A stretch of 64,000 nt of DNA from Octopus sinensis (lineage: Eukaryota): contig NC_043025.1 in the NCBI RefSeq assembly GCF_006345805.1, positions 11,160,001 to 11,224,000 of the forward strand, written 5' to 3'. A program made the translations under genes and the position numbers. How positions within the stretch are numbered: the first letter of the stretch is position 1; each line of letters starts with the position of its first letter. This document shows, one piece after another, positions 49,091 to 63,632 of this stretch. Below the pieces are notes generated by a model, which had not been told where the DNA came from, ran no database searches, and saw only the letters and a list, made by a program, of their open reading frames with translations.

Positions 49091-49503
49091 GGCGCAGGAG
49101 TGGCTGTGTGGTAAGTAGCTTGCTTACCGACCACATGGTTCCGGGTTCAGTCCCACTGCGTGGCACCTTGGGCAAGTGTCTTCTGCTATAGCCTCGGCCG
49201 ACCAAAGCCTTGTGAGTGGATTTGGTAGACGGAAACTGAAAGAAGCCTGTCGTATATATGTATATATATATATATGTATGTGTGTGTGTTTGTTGTTTGT
49301 GTTTGTCCCCCTAGCATTGCTTGACAACCGATGCTGGTGTGTTTACGTCCCCGTCACTTAGCGGTTCGGCAAAAGAGACCGATAGAATAAGTACTGGACT
49401 TACAAAAAGAATAAGTACCGGGGTCGATTTGCTCGACTGAAGGCGGTGCTCCAGCATGGCCACAGTCAAATAACTGAAACAAGTTTTAGAGTAAAAGAGT
49501 AAG
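49091..49503 (+). mobile_element. SINE family 1 nested in an older tRNA-headed SINE (about 48995-49560)
   Basis: The host head ends GAGCAAG and resumes GAGTAAGACACTTT after the insert. Confidence 0.85.
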
Positions 49504-49789
49504 ACACTTTATTTCACGTTGCCCCAGTTCTCTCAGCTGTAGAAATGAATTGTGACATCAGAGGGGTCAAGTGGTAAGTATTGCCCCTGCCCTAAAAGGG
49601 GACGCATGACGTTGTTCCGGTTGAATGAACCGGGACATCATAAAAATGAAGTGTTGCGCTCAATCAAGAACACCACGCATCGCTGGTCCGGGAATCGAAA
49701 CCGCAATCTTGCGGACGCGAGTCCGATACACTGACTCCTGAACCACCCGCATCCACGCGCCCTGATAACGCAAATACTTTATCATCACT

Positions 49790-49930
49790 GCTTCTACTGC
49801 TACCACCACTACCACTACTACTACTACTATCTCAACTACTACTACGATGACGACGACGACGACCACCACCACTACTACTACTACGACGACGACGACCACC
49901 ACCACCACTACTACTACCACCACCACCACC

Positions 49931-49965
<35 letters not shown>

Positions 49966-50044
49966 AACCACCACCACAACCACTACTATTACTACAACCA
50001 CCACAACTACTACTACTACCACCACCACCACTACAACAACTACG

Positions 50045-50084
<40 letters not shown>

Positions 50085-50763
50085 AGCTGAGTGTGACGTA
50101 ATCTATAATTTTCTTTTTCTTTTGTTTGTTTTACTTATGTTGATAGGAATCAGCCCCTTTTGCAGCCACGTGGTTTCAGGTTCAGTCCCGCAGCGCGGCA
50201 CCTTGAACAAGTCTTCCACCATCGACCCTCGCCGCTGGTACTACCACTACTTCTGCGACAATAGCTACTACTACTACTACTGCTGCAGCTGCTTCTGTCA
50301 TTGCTGTTACTACTACTACTACTACTACGACTACTACTTACAGTACTACTAACACTACTACTATTACTACTACTACTAACACTACTACTACTACTACTCC
50401 TACTACTTACAGTACTACTACTACTACAACTACTACTACTACTAACACTACTACTACCACCACCACAACCACCACTACTCCCAACGTTGCTGTAGTTACT
50501 ACTTCTCTGAACACTGGTTACTACTAATACTACTACTACTACTACTGCTACTACTACTACTAACACTACTACTACCACCACCACCATCACCCCCACCCCA
50601 AAGTTGCTGCATTAACTACTACTCCCATCACTGATTACTACTACTACTACTACTACTATTACTACTTCTACTACTACAACTACTACTACCACCATCACCA
50701 CCACTCCCAACGTTGCTGTAGTCACTACTGCTCCCATCATTGGCTACTGCTGTTACTACTACA

Positions 50764-50798
<35 letters not shown>

Positions 50799-51374
50799 CG
50801 TTAATACTGCTGCTACTACAATCACTACTACTGCCTCTGCTGCTCCTGCGACTACTATTACCACGACCATTACTACTACAACTACTACAGATACTACTAT
50901 TGCTACTACCACCGCCACTACTACACCCCATACTCATTCCCTTTCGTTTCAACATCACAGAAAAAGCACCGCGCAACCCAGATTCCTTAAACCAAAGCCG
51001 CCGCCCCCCCCTCCGCGCGCCCGGTACACATTTTCACAAGAAACAACTGTCGCAATACACCGCCCCATATATATATATATATAAGATCTTTATCGAACAA
51101 GAACGAGGCTGGGTTATTTTTTCTTTTGTCAATTTCAACCCTTTCTGAGGTAAACCTTTTATCATTTTTTTCACCCTTCGCCCTTCTCGCCCCCCTTGTT
51201 TTGACCCACCCGATTTCTTATGTGACCCTTGATTGTGTCAATGTCACCCTCGCTGATCATGTATGTAGTTTTGTAAGGGAGTTTAACCTTTTAGATCGTT
51301 TTGTATTGTGTGTATATATATTTGTTTGTGGTGGTGTTTGACGATAAGAGACGTGTGTATATATATATATACAC

Positions 51375-51424
<50 letters not shown>

Positions 51425-51451
51425 CATATGCACATACGCACACACGTACAA

Positions 51452-51487
<36 letters not shown>

Positions 51488-52426
51488 GGACAACTGACCG
51501 ATATAAATATATACACGCACACATATACATCCAAACACTTTGTATATATAGACACACATTTACATATATTTACATACACATACCCATCTCTCCCCCTCTC
51601 TCTCTATGTATCTATCGATCTGTCTATCTATCTATCTACATAGATCTATCCATCCATCTATCTATCTACATAGATAGATCGATCGATCCATCCATCTATC
51701 TACATAGATAGATCTATCCATCCATCCATCATTCTATCTATCTATCTATCTATATCTATCTATCTATCTATCTACATAGATCTATCCATCTATCTATCTA
51801 TCTATCTATCTATCTACATAGATCTATCCATCTATCTATCTATCTATCTACATAAATAGATCTATCCATCTATGTATCTATCTGTCTGTCTGTCTATCTT
51901 GACAATAACAATAGAGGACGTGGATTGTGTATTTCTAGATACACCCAAACAATCAAACAAACAAAATAAAAGGCACGATCGCAATGCCTTTGATTATCGT
52001 TTTGCTGGAATTGGGTCGACCTAGGGCTAAAACAGCTAACGACCTGGCGAGACAACAAGGCTGACTATATAGACAAAAATAGATAGATAGATAAATCGTT
52101 TGTAACTACCTTTACTAGTAGGACAGATGAAAGATAGGTAGGCGAGGTAGATAAACAACACCAGCTATTTAGCTCACTAGACAGACATAGTGAAAGATAA
52201 ATAGATAGAGAGAGAGAGACACACACACAGACAAAGAGATATGTAGATAGAGACAAACAGATTGAATGAGAAAGACAAGAACGGAGATATGTGTATAGAG
52301 TGGGGAAAGGCAGATAGCAAGCTATATAGGCATACAGTTAGCTGTGTAGATAGATAGATATAGATAGATAGGTAGGTAGATAGATAGATAGCCAAACACA
52401 AAGAAATTGATAGACGTGCATGGAGG

Positions 52427-52465
<39 letters not shown>

Positions 52466-52974
52466 GTCGACTTTGCCTTTCATCCTTTCGGGGGTCGATA
52501 AATTAAGTACCAGTTACGCACTGGAGGGTTCGATGCAATCGACTTAATACCTATGTCTGTCCCTGTTTGTCCCCCTCTGTGTTTAGCCCCTTGTGGGTAA
52601 TAAAGAAATAGGTAGATAGATAGATAGATATACAAACACATAGATAGATAGATAGATAGATAGATATACACATATGTAGCCAGACAGGGGTAGATAGATA
52701 GATAGATAGATAGATGGATGGATGGATGGACGGATAGATAGATAGAGAGAGAGAGAGATAGATATGCAAACATAGCCAGACAGAGGTAGATATATAGATA
52801 GATATACAAACACATAGACAAATAGATAGATATACACATATGTAGCCAGACAGGGGTAGATAGATAGATATATGGATGGACGGATAGATAGATATACAAA
52901 CACATAGATAGATAGATAGATATAGATAGATAGACAGATGGATAGATAGATAGATATAGATAGATAGACAGATG

Positions 52975-53012
<38 letters not shown>

Positions 53013-53018
53013 CAGATG

Positions 53019-53072
<54 letters not shown>

Positions 53073-53078
53073 CAGATG

Positions 53079-53112
<34 letters not shown>

Positions 53113-53707
53113 CAGATAGATAGACAGATGGACAGAGAGATACAGAGGCAGACAAACACCCATTTATGCTTGCTTGCTTGTCTCTTTAAATGTCTATTTA
53201 TCTGTTAATGTTTATTTAGTGAGCAAGCTATCTCTCCATTCTGCTAGTTTTATCTTTCTATCAATCAAGCCATCTGTTCATTCATTAGTCTTTCTATTGA
53301 TCTCTTTCTCCTTCCACACCCTATCTTCTCTCAATCTCTCTACTAAGCTACTGGTTTAGCCCAAGGACGACTCTTTCGAGCTGCCTTACGAATGATCAGA
53401 ACCAATCTAACCGTGACCATCCCCCCCCCTTTTTTTTGTTAAAGTATACATAGAAATACATCGGTTATTTATTGTTGTTTAGACCAGGAGGCATTCCACC
53501 CGTGACTGTCTAGCTGTTTTTTAGATCAAGACTGTATTCAGTTCTTTATAGGTTCTCTTTTTTCTTTTTATTAATTGACGATGTGTGATTTGAGGGAGAT
53601 GCGGCTGCTGTTTCTAGCACGTCGAGCGAGTGACCCGATAAAAAGATGCTTCCTTTGCGTGTCTTGGGTCCAACTTTGTTCGTCTGATATCTATATATAC
53701 ATGTGTG

Positions 53708-53755
<48 letters not shown>

Positions 53756-55040
53756 GTAAGGGTAGAAATTGATATTAGTCAATTAAAACCAGTGGTCTAG
53801 CATATTAAAAAAGAATCCGAAGATTAAAATATTTATATATATCCAATTAAGGACTGAACACGAAAAAGTGGACAGTCAACATGCTAGATATAGACGTCAA
53901 ATCGCCATTCTCCACAAAAGATTATGCTCTCAAATAAAACTTGTGCTGAGTTGTGGAGAATGGCGATTTGACGTCTATATCTAGCATGTTGACTGTCACT
54001 TTTCGTGTTCAGTCCTTAATTGGTATATATATATATATCGGACGTTAAATGATAATGATGATATATATATGTGTGTGTATATATATGTGTATGTTCATAT
54101 GTATCTATATATATATGTGTGTGTGTGTATATATATGTATGTTTATATGTATCTCTCTATATATATATGTGTGTGTATATATATGTATGTTTATATGTAT
54201 CTCTCTATATATATATGTGTGTGTATATATGTATGTTTATATGTATCTCTATATATATGTGTGTGTGTATATATGTATGTTTATATGTATCTCTATATAT
54301 ATGTGTGTGTGTATATATATGTATGTTTATATGTATCTCTCTATATATATGTGTGTGTATATATATGTATGTTTATATGTATCTCTATATATATGTGTGT
54401 GTATATATGTATGTTTATATGTATCTCTATATATATGTGTGTGTATATATATGTATGTTTATATGTATCTCTATATATATGTGTGTGTATATATGTATGT
54501 TTATATGTATCTCTATATATATGTGTGTGTATATATATATGTATGTATGTTTATATGTATCTCTCTATATATATATATGTGTGTGTATATATGTATGTTT
54601 ATATGTATCTCTATATATATGTGTGTGTGTGTATATATATGTATGTTTATATGTATCTCTATATATATGTATGTTTATGTATATGAATGTGTATATATAT
54701 GTATGTTTATATGTATCTCTCTCTATATATGTGTGTGTGTATATATGTATGTTTATGTATATGAATGTGTATTTTATATGTGTATATATATATATGTATA
54801 TGTATGTTTATATATACATGTATATGTAGAGAGAGAGAGAGAAATGTACATGTACATATATACACACATATACGCATTTTTTTTTTTTGCCAATTTCAGC
54901 TCTGGAGTTTGTGGCCATGCTGGGGCACCGCTGTTTATGTCGACCTCCCCTACTTTATCTATAAATCTCTTTCTCTCTATCCGAAACTCTTCGAAATCAC
55001 AGTAATTTTTGTGTTCATGGTTAATAATGCCTGTGTATTC

Positions 55041-55088
<48 letters not shown>

Positions 55089-55901
55089 GCATATAGTATG
55101 TGTATGTATGTATGTATGTAGTACGTATATATATAGTTGTATGTATGCATGTATGTATATACGCATATATGTGTATGTATGTATTATGTATGTATGTATG
55201 TTATTGTATGTACGTACGTAATATATATATATGTATGTATGTATGCATGTATGTATATACGCATGTATATGTATGTATGTATGTATATACGCATATATGT
55301 ATGTATGTATGTATGCATGTATGTATATACGCATGTATGTATGTATGTATGTATGTACGTACGTACGTATATATGTATGTATGCATGTATGTATATACGC
55401 ATGTATGTATGAATGTATGTATATATGTATGTATAAGTGTGTGGGTACGTATGTATGAATGTGTGTCCGTACGTATGTATATATCCGTATATATATGTGT
55501 GGTAACTATATATATATATATATCGTATATAACGTATGTATATATCTATATCCATATATATATATCTATAGCCATGTGTGTGTGTGTGTGGTAACTAATG
55601 TGTCTATATATGATTTTGTGTACGTGTGTGTATATATGTGCGTGTGTGAGTGTACATACATGTGTGTATATCTGACTGTTAATCTGTGTTTGTGTGTATA
55701 CGTATGTCTGTGACTATATGTGTTCGTGTGTGTATATGTCCGTCTATATCTCTGCCTCATAATCTATCTGGGTGTTTGTGTGTATACGTGTGTATATAGG
55801 TATATATATATATATATATATGCATGTGTGTATATAGTTATATATGTGCATTGATAGATTTCTATATCTGTTAATCTATCTGGGTGTTTGTGTGTGTATA
55901 C

Positions 55902-55966
<65 letters not shown>

Positions 55967-56564
55967 TGTGTGTATATAGTTATATATGTATATGGATAGA
56001 TTTCTATATCTGTTAATCTATCTGGGTGTTAGTGTGTATATAGGTATATATATGTGCATGGATAGATTTCTATATCTGTTAATCTATCTGGGTGCTTGTG
56101 TGTATACGTGTGTATATAGGTATATATATATATATATATATATATGCATGGGTATGTGTGTGTGTGTTTTCTATATCTGTTAATCTGTGTGTGTGTAGAC
56201 GTGTGTGTGTATTTCTCTGTCTTTCTATCAACCTGTCTATGTGTGTACATATGTATGTACGTACGTGTATGTATGCGTGTGCTCGCGCGTGTGTGCGTAT
56301 ATCTTCACTGTGTTCGTCTGTCTGTCTGTCTGTCTCTCAATTTCTCCATCTATCTCTTCCGTTTTCGTCTCTCTCTATCGATCCTTCCTACCCTACATAA
56401 CTAACTAGCTATCTGTTCGTCGTTCGATCGATTTTTGTCTAACCCACCTATCTATTCATCTATCAGGCTCTCTTCACACCAACCAGACATTAAATTTATA
56501 TCACAGACTAATACACACACACACACACAAATATACAGACACACACACACACACAAATGTACAG

Positions 56565-56597
<33 letters not shown>

Positions 56598-57112
56598 TAT
56601 ACAGGCACACACACACACACACAAAATACAGACACACACACACACACAAATGTACAGACACATACACACACACACACATACACACACAAATGTACAGGCA
56701 CACACACACACACACACATACACACAAATATACAGGCACACACACACACACACACATACACACACAAATGTACAGGCACACACACACACACACACACACA
56801 AATATACAGGCACACACACACACACACAAATATACAGGCACACACACACACACACGACCTCAATTTAATTGCTATCATACACATTCAATTTATATTGCTC
56901 ACAATACTCATTCATACATGTATGAATACACACACACACACACACACATGTATGTATATGTATGTATATATATGTGTATATAGATATATGTGTATATCAT
57001 CATCATCATCATCGTTTAACATCCGCTTTCCATGGGTTGGACGGCTCAACTGGGGTCTGGCAAACCAGACGGCTGCACCAGGCTCCAATCTTGATCTGGC
57101 AGAGTTTCTATA

Positions 57113-57159
<47 letters not shown>

Positions 57160-57255
57160 TCATCATCATTCGCGTCCGCTTTCCATGCTAGCATGGGTTG
57201 GACGGTTCAACTGGGGTCTGTGAGTGTAGTGGGTGCTTTTTATGTGCCACCGGCA

Positions 57256-57314
<59 letters not shown>

Positions 57315-57331
57315 TTGTATATATGTGTTTA

Positions 57332-57363
<32 letters not shown>

Positions 57364-58074
57364 TTTTGTATATATGTGTTTATGTATATAATATATATAT
57401 ATATACATTGTATATATGTGTTTATGTATATATATATATATGTAAATGTATGTGTGTGTGTGTGTATCATCATCATCGTTTACTCTCCACCTTTCATGCT
57501 ACTGTGGGTGGTACGGTTTCACTAGTGGTGGCCATGCCGAAGCCTGCAACAGACTTCTGCATCTGTTTTGGCAAGATTTTATCACCAACCACTCAGCAGA
57601 GTGGACTTAGTGCTTTTCACGTGGCACAAGCACAGGTGAGGTCAGTTTTGGCAAGGTTTTTACAGTCGGATGCCCTTCCGAACCCCAACCACTTTTCAGT
57701 GTGGACTGGGTGCTTCTGAGTGGCACCTGCACTGACAGGGTCACCAAGTACTTCAAAGAGAAAGGAAAGTATGTATGTACATGTATATGTGTGTGTGTGT
57801 GTGCATATATATATATATTTCTTTACTACCCACAAGGGGCTAAACATAGAGAGGACAAACAAGGACAGACAAAGGGATTAAGTCGATTACATCGACCCCA
57901 GTGTGAAACTGGTACTTTATTTATTGACCCTGAAAGTATGAAACGCAAAGTCAACCTCGGCGTAATTTGAACTCAGAACTTAACAGCAGACGAAATATGG
58001 CTATGCATTTCACCTGGGATGCTAACGTTTCTGCCAGCTCACCGCCTTAATATGTATATATATGTAGATATATA

Positions 58075-58106
<32 letters not shown>

Positions 58107-58126
58107 CACACACATATATATACATG

Positions 58127-58181
<55 letters not shown>

Positions 58182-58220
58182 ATATAATATACATGTATGT
58201 ATATGTGTGTGTATATGTAT
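49790..58220. repeat. Compound microsatellite/minisatellite block: (CTA)n, (ATCT)n, ~38-bp TA/TG unit, (CA)n
   Basis: Low-complexity tracts interspersed with SINE and RTE tails. Confidence 0.85.
53843..54023. repeat. Long inverted repeat (arms ~74 bp, loop 33 bp)
   Basis: 53843-53917 is the reverse complement of 53951-54023, with two single-base indels. Confidence 0.92.
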
Positions 58221-58527
58221 TCTTTTATTGTTTCAGTCATTTGATTGCAGCCATGCTGGAGCACTGCCTTTAGTCAAAGAAATCGAGCCAGTATTTATTC
58301 TATCAGTCTCTTTTGCCAAACTGCTAAGTTACGGTGACGTAAACACACAAACATGTATATATATATTTACAATGGGCTTCTTTTAGTTTCCATCTACTAA
58401 ATCCACTCACAAGGCTTTAGTCAGCCCGAGGCTATAGTAGAGGACACTTGATCAAGGTACCATGCAGTGGGACTGAACCTGGAACCATGTGGTTGGTAAG
58501 CAAGCTTTTTACCACACAGCCACTCCT
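58220..58527 (-). mobile_element. SINE family 1, internally deleted
   Basis: Family consensus with deletions. Confidence 0.8.
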
Positions 58528-58536
58528 ATATATATA

Positions 58537-59308
58537 ACTAGCAGTATCGCCCGGCGTTGCTCGGGTTTGTAAGGGAAATAACTATATAAGCATTTTTAGA
58601 GATGTAAAGTATAATAACCATCTCAATATGGCTAACCACAAAGGGGGGGGGGTTTACTGTAGCTTTTTACGTTCTGAGATTTAATAATAAATTTTTAGAG
58701 AGTTACTTCCCTTATATAATAGCAAAAAATGCATTAAAAATGTGAAAAATTGATGGTAAATCGTAGACTCATCGTAGACGCGCGCTAATACCCAGAAGGG
58801 CTCGATATGAATCACGACTATAAGATACCCGGTTTTGGTTAAACTACACCGCAAAATGTGGGAGTAGTTAGGAATCTAGATCGGAGTAGACAGACTCTCA
58901 CACAACTTCAGTTTTATATATAAAGACTAGCAGTATCGTCCGGCGTTGCTCGGGTTTGTAAGGAAATAACTATATAAGCATTTTTAGAGAGTTATAGCCA
59001 AAAAATAGCAAAAAATGCATTAAAAATGGAAAAAAAATTATGGTAAATTTTTTTAAAAATCGTTGACTCATCGTAGACATTTTAGAGAGTTACTTCCCTT
59101 AATAATAGCGAAAAAATGCACTAAAATGGAAAAAAATGATGGTAAATTTTTTTTAATCGTAGACGCGCGCTAATACCCAGAAGGGCTCGATATGAATCAC
59201 GACTATAAGATACCCGGTTTTGGTTAAACTGCACCGCAAAATGTGGGAGTAGTTAGGAATCTAAATGGTAGGAGACAGACACACAACTTCACTTTTATAT
59301 ATAAAGAT
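58537..59308 (+). mobile_element. Head-to-tail dimer of a Helitron/Helentron-like non-autonomous element
   Basis: Units start ACTAGCAGTATCG(C/T)CCGGCGTTGCTCGGG (58537, 58926) and end TTTTATATATAAAGA. No TSD. Confidence 0.65.
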
Positions 59309-59399
59309 ATATATATATATATGTATATATGTATATACAGATATGCCAGGTGTGTAACCAGTCCACTTGTGCGTAGCTTTTCCTTCTTCGAACACTAAT

Positions 59400-60620
59400 C
59401 TCTGCGAAGGCCTGTTGAAGCAAGTGAAGTTGAAATCAAAATCAAAGTGAAATTCGATGACGGGCATGAGCACCATACGAGCGTGATTGTTACCAGCCGT
59501 GCCTTACTGGCACTTGTGCCCCATGCTACTAGGGTGCTAAGAGCACCATCCGAACGGGATCGTTGCCAGAGCGGCTAACTGGCTTCTGTGCCGGTGGTAA
59601 GTAGGAGGCACCATTCGAGCAGGATCGTCACCAGCATCGCCTTACTGGCACCTGTGCCATTGGCATGTGTAAAAAATTCGAGCGAGGTCGTTGCCAGAAC
59701 CGCCTGACTGGCCCAAAAATTCGGGCGAGGTCATTGCCAGTACCGCCTGACTGGCCCAAAAATTCGAGCGAGGTCGTTGCAAGTACCGCCTGACTGGCCC
59801 AGAAATTCGAGCAAGATCGTTGCAAGTACCGCCTGACTGGCCCAAAAATTCGAGCGAAGTCGTTGCAAGTACCGCCTGACTGGCCCAGAAATTCGAGCAA
59901 GATCGTTGCAAGTACCGCCTGACTGGCCCAGAAATTCGAGCAAGATCGTTGCAAGTACCGCCTGACTGGCCCAAAAATTCGAGCAAGATCGTTGCAAGTA
60001 CCGCCTGACTGGCCCAGAAATTCGAGCAAGATCGTTGCAAGTACCGCCTGACTGGCCCAAAAATTCGAGCAAGATCGTTGCAAGTACCGCCTGACTGGCC
60101 CAGAAATTCGAGCAAGATCGTTGCAAGTACCGCCTGACTGGCCCAAAAATTCGAGCAAGATCGTTGCAAGTACCGCCTGACTGGCCCAGAAATTCGAGCA
60201 AGATCGTTGCAAGTACCGCCTGACTGGCCCAAAAATTCGAGCAAGATCGTTGCAAGTACCGCCTGACTGGCCCAAAAATTCGAGCAAGATCGTTGCAAGT
60301 ACCGCCTGACTGGCCCAGAAATTCGGGCAAAGTCGTTGCAAGTACCGCCTGACTGGCCCAGAAATTCGGGCAAGGTCGTTGCCAGTACCGCCTGACTGGC
60401 CCCCGTGCCGGCGGCACGTAAAAGTACCCACTACACGATTTGACTGAAGACTGGCGAACCAGATGGTTGCACCAGGCTCCATTTTGATCTGGCAGTTTCT
60501 ACAGCTGGATGCCCTTCCTAACGGCAACCACCCCATGAGTGTAGTGGGTGCTTTTACATGCCACCGGCACAAGGGCCAATCAGGCGGTACTGGCAATGGC
60601 CACGCTCAAATGGTATTTTT
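59400..60620 (-). mobile_element. RTE-tail element region with 17 x 43-bp tandem repeat (59673-60403)
   Basis: Unit GTACCGCCTGACTGGCCCAGAAATTCGAGCAAGATCGTTGCAA, flanked by RTE 3' UTR motifs. Confidence 0.85.
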
Positions 60621-60629
60621 TACGTGCCG

Positions 60630-60856
60630 GCGAGCTGGCAGAAACGTTAGCACGTCGGGCGAAATGCTTAGCAGTATTTCGTCTGCCGTTACGTTGTGAG
60701 TTCAAATTCGCCGAGGTCGACTTTACCTTTCATCCTTTCGGGGTCGATAAATTAAGTACCAGTTACGCACTGGGGTTGATGTAATTGACTTAATACCTAT
60801 GTCTGTCCTTGTTTGTCCCTTCTCTGTTTAGCCCCTTGAGGGTAATAAAGAAATGG
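60630..60856 (+). mobile_element. SINE family 3 (further copies at 22555-22745, 41725-41845, 52462-52612, 57820-58048)
   Basis: Family head, core and tail. Confidence 0.85.
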
Positions 60857-61092
60857 GTATTTTTTACGTGCCACCTGCACAGGAGCCAGTCCGGCGGCAC
60901 TAGCAATGACCTCGTTCGAATGTTTTTTCATGTGCCAACAGCACAAGTGCCAGTAAGGCGACACCGGTAACGATCACGCTTGAATGGTGCTTTTTACGTT
61001 CCACCAGCACGGAAACCTGTTTGCTGCTCTGGTAACGATCACACGGATGCCAGTCATTGAATTTGATTTCGATTTCACTTGCTTCGTCTCAT

Positions 61093-61505
61093 TTACTCTT
61101 TACTCTTTTACTTGTTTCGGTCATTTGACTGCGGCCATGCTGGAGCACCGCCTTTAGTCGAGCAGCTCGACCCCGGGACTTATTCTTTGTAAGCCCAGTA
61201 CTTATTCTATTGGTCTCTTTTGCCGAACCGCTAAGTGACAGGGACGTAAACACACAAGCATCGGTTGTCAAGCAATGCTAGAGGGACAAACACAGACACA
61301 CAAACATATACATACACATATATAGATATATATATATATACGACAGGCTTCTTTCAGTTTCCGTCTACCAAATCCACTCACAATGCTTTGGTCGGCCCGA
61401 GGCTATAGCAGAAGACATTTGCCCAAGATGCCACGCAGTGGGACTGAACCCGGAACCATGTGGCTGGTTAGCAAGCTACTTACCACACAGCCACTCCTGC
61501 GCCTA
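61093..61505 (-). mobile_element. SINE family 1
   Basis: Full-length match. Confidence 0.9.
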
Positions 61506-62116
61506 TTTGCATCATTTAGTAAACATTTTGATGCTTATAAAAACATATTTTAGTTTGTTTCTACTGTTGTGCCTGGGGAGAGTCATTTTCTTTTAGTGCC
61601 TAATAATGTAACACACTCACTGGTAAAATTTCCACTTATTTCTTATTTTTATTTCCCTAAAATTTTCGGTCGGTCTTGCAACCTTTTCAATAGTCTTGAC
61701 TCTGTCCCTTATTTACACTGCGTTCCCTTTTGTTTGTTTGTGGACATATGTGTGGGTCAGTGTGTGTGTGCCTATGCATGCATGTATGTATGTATGTATG
61801 CATGTGTGTGTATGTATGTATATATGTGGGTGTATGCATATATATATATATGTATGTATGTGTGCAACACTAGAATAGTGTGCATCTGTATGTATCTTGC
61901 ATATTCATGTGCTTGCCTGTCCGTGTTTGTGTATTTTCTATGTATGTGTGTGTGTGTGAGCATGTGTTAGTATATGTGTGCACCTCTGTCTCCTTGTGTG
62001 TGTGTGTTTTGCAACTATGTACCATGTTTGTATGTATGGATGTGCATCTCTATATATGTGGACCCGTGTCTCCATATGTGTCCTTGTGTGGAGTAAAGTG
62101 TGTGTGTATATATATA

Positions 62117-62960
62117 TAATATAATAATAATAATAATAAAAACATTGTGTACAGTGCTCAGGTGCACTACAACTCATCTAAAGTGTATATATAATCAGGT
62201 GTAGTTTCGGCGGATTTCGGAAAGCATGAGGGCCTTAAAGGATGCAGTGTCATGGCAGTCAACAACTGACGCAGGCAGTTTATTCCATGCTTCAGCAACT
62301 CTGAGCGTGAAGAAATGTTTCCGAAAGTCATGGGAGCTGTGCTGTTTTCTGACTTTGTAGGCATGTCCACGTGTGTTGGACACATGGAGATCAAAAAGGT
62401 GTTCAGTGTTGTTGTTGGTGAGGTGGTTGATAACTTTGTGGGTGTTTACCAAGTCCGTCACCAGACGCTGGAGCTTCAGTGAATCCATGCCCAGGGAAAC
62501 AAGGCGCTCGGAGTATGGTAGGTGTCTGATGGAGGGTATGCGTTTGGTTGATAAAAGCATTCAGTACACTCTGTAAAGTGGTTGGCAAGTCTGAGCGTGA
62601 AAAAATGTTTCCGAAAGTCATGGGAGCTGTGCTGTTTTCTGACTTTGTAGGCATGTCCACGTGTGTTGGACACATGAAGATCAAAAAGGTGTTCAGTGTT
62701 GTTGTTGGTGAGGTGGTTGATAACTTTGTGGGTGTCTACCAAGTCCGTCACCAGACGCCGGAGCTTCAGTGAATCCATGCCCAGGGAAACAAGGCGCTCA
62801 GAATATGGTAGGTGTCTGATGGAGGGTATGCGTTTGGTTGCACGTCTCTGGACAGATTCCAGGAGGTCAATGTTCTGAGCAAGATAGGGGTTCCAAACTG
62901 ATGATGCGAATTCCAAGTGTGGTCGTACCATAGCTGTATACAGTTGTGCTCCAGTCTCCA
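62117..62960 (-). mobile_element. CR1-clade LINE 3' end with ~300-bp internal tandem duplication
   Basis: VRPHLEFASSVWNP...VQRRATK...YSERL...TRGHAYKV...FFTLRVAEAWNKLP, with (TTA)n tail. Confidence 0.9.
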
Positions 62961-63059
62961 TTTGTGTATGGGTACTTGTCTATTCTTATAACCTATGTAC
63001 CTATCCGTCTGTATGTTCTTTATATTTATACACATATTTATATATTTTCTTTTTTTTTT

Positions 63060-63632
63060 TTTTACTCTTTTACTTGTTTCAGTCATTTGACTGCGGCCAT
63101 GCTGGAGCACCGCCTTTTTTTTTAGTTGAGCAAATCGACCCCGGGACTTATTCTTTTGTAAGCCCAGTACTTATTCTATCGGATCTCTTTTGCCGAACCG
63201 CTAAGTTTACTCTTTTACTTGTTTCAGTCATTTGACTGCGGCCATGCTGGAGCACCGCCTTTTTTTTTAGTTGAGCAAATCGACCCCGGGACTTATTCTT
63301 TTGTAAGCCCAGTACTTATTCTATCGGATCTCTTTTGCCGAACCGCTAAGTTTACTCTTTTACTTGTTTCAGTCATTTGACTGCGGCCATGCTGGAGCAC
63401 CGCCTTTTTTTTTAGTCGAGCAAATCGACCCCGGGACTTATTCTTTTGTAAGCCCAGTACTTATTCTATCGGATCTCTTTTGCCGAACCGCTAAGTTTAC
63501 TCTTTTACTTGTTTCAGTCATTTGACTGCGGCCATGCTGGAGCACCGCCTTTAGTCGAGCAAATCGACCCCGGGACTTATTCTTTTGTAAACCCAGTACT
63601 TATTCTATCGATCTCTTTTTGCCGAACCGCTA
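63060..63632 (-). repeat. Tandem array of SINE family 1 3' ends, 4 x ~145 bp
   Basis: Units start at about 63061, 63206, 63351 and 63496. Confidence 0.92.

Noticed and set aside
54049-57525. Long Cys/Val/Tyr/Ile ORFs up to 318 aa
   Set aside because: TA/TG micro- and minisatellite translations.
59628-60596. 322/243/228-aa ORFs with repeated motifs
   Set aside because: Translation of a stop-free 43-bp tandem repeat, with the same peptide rotating through three frames.
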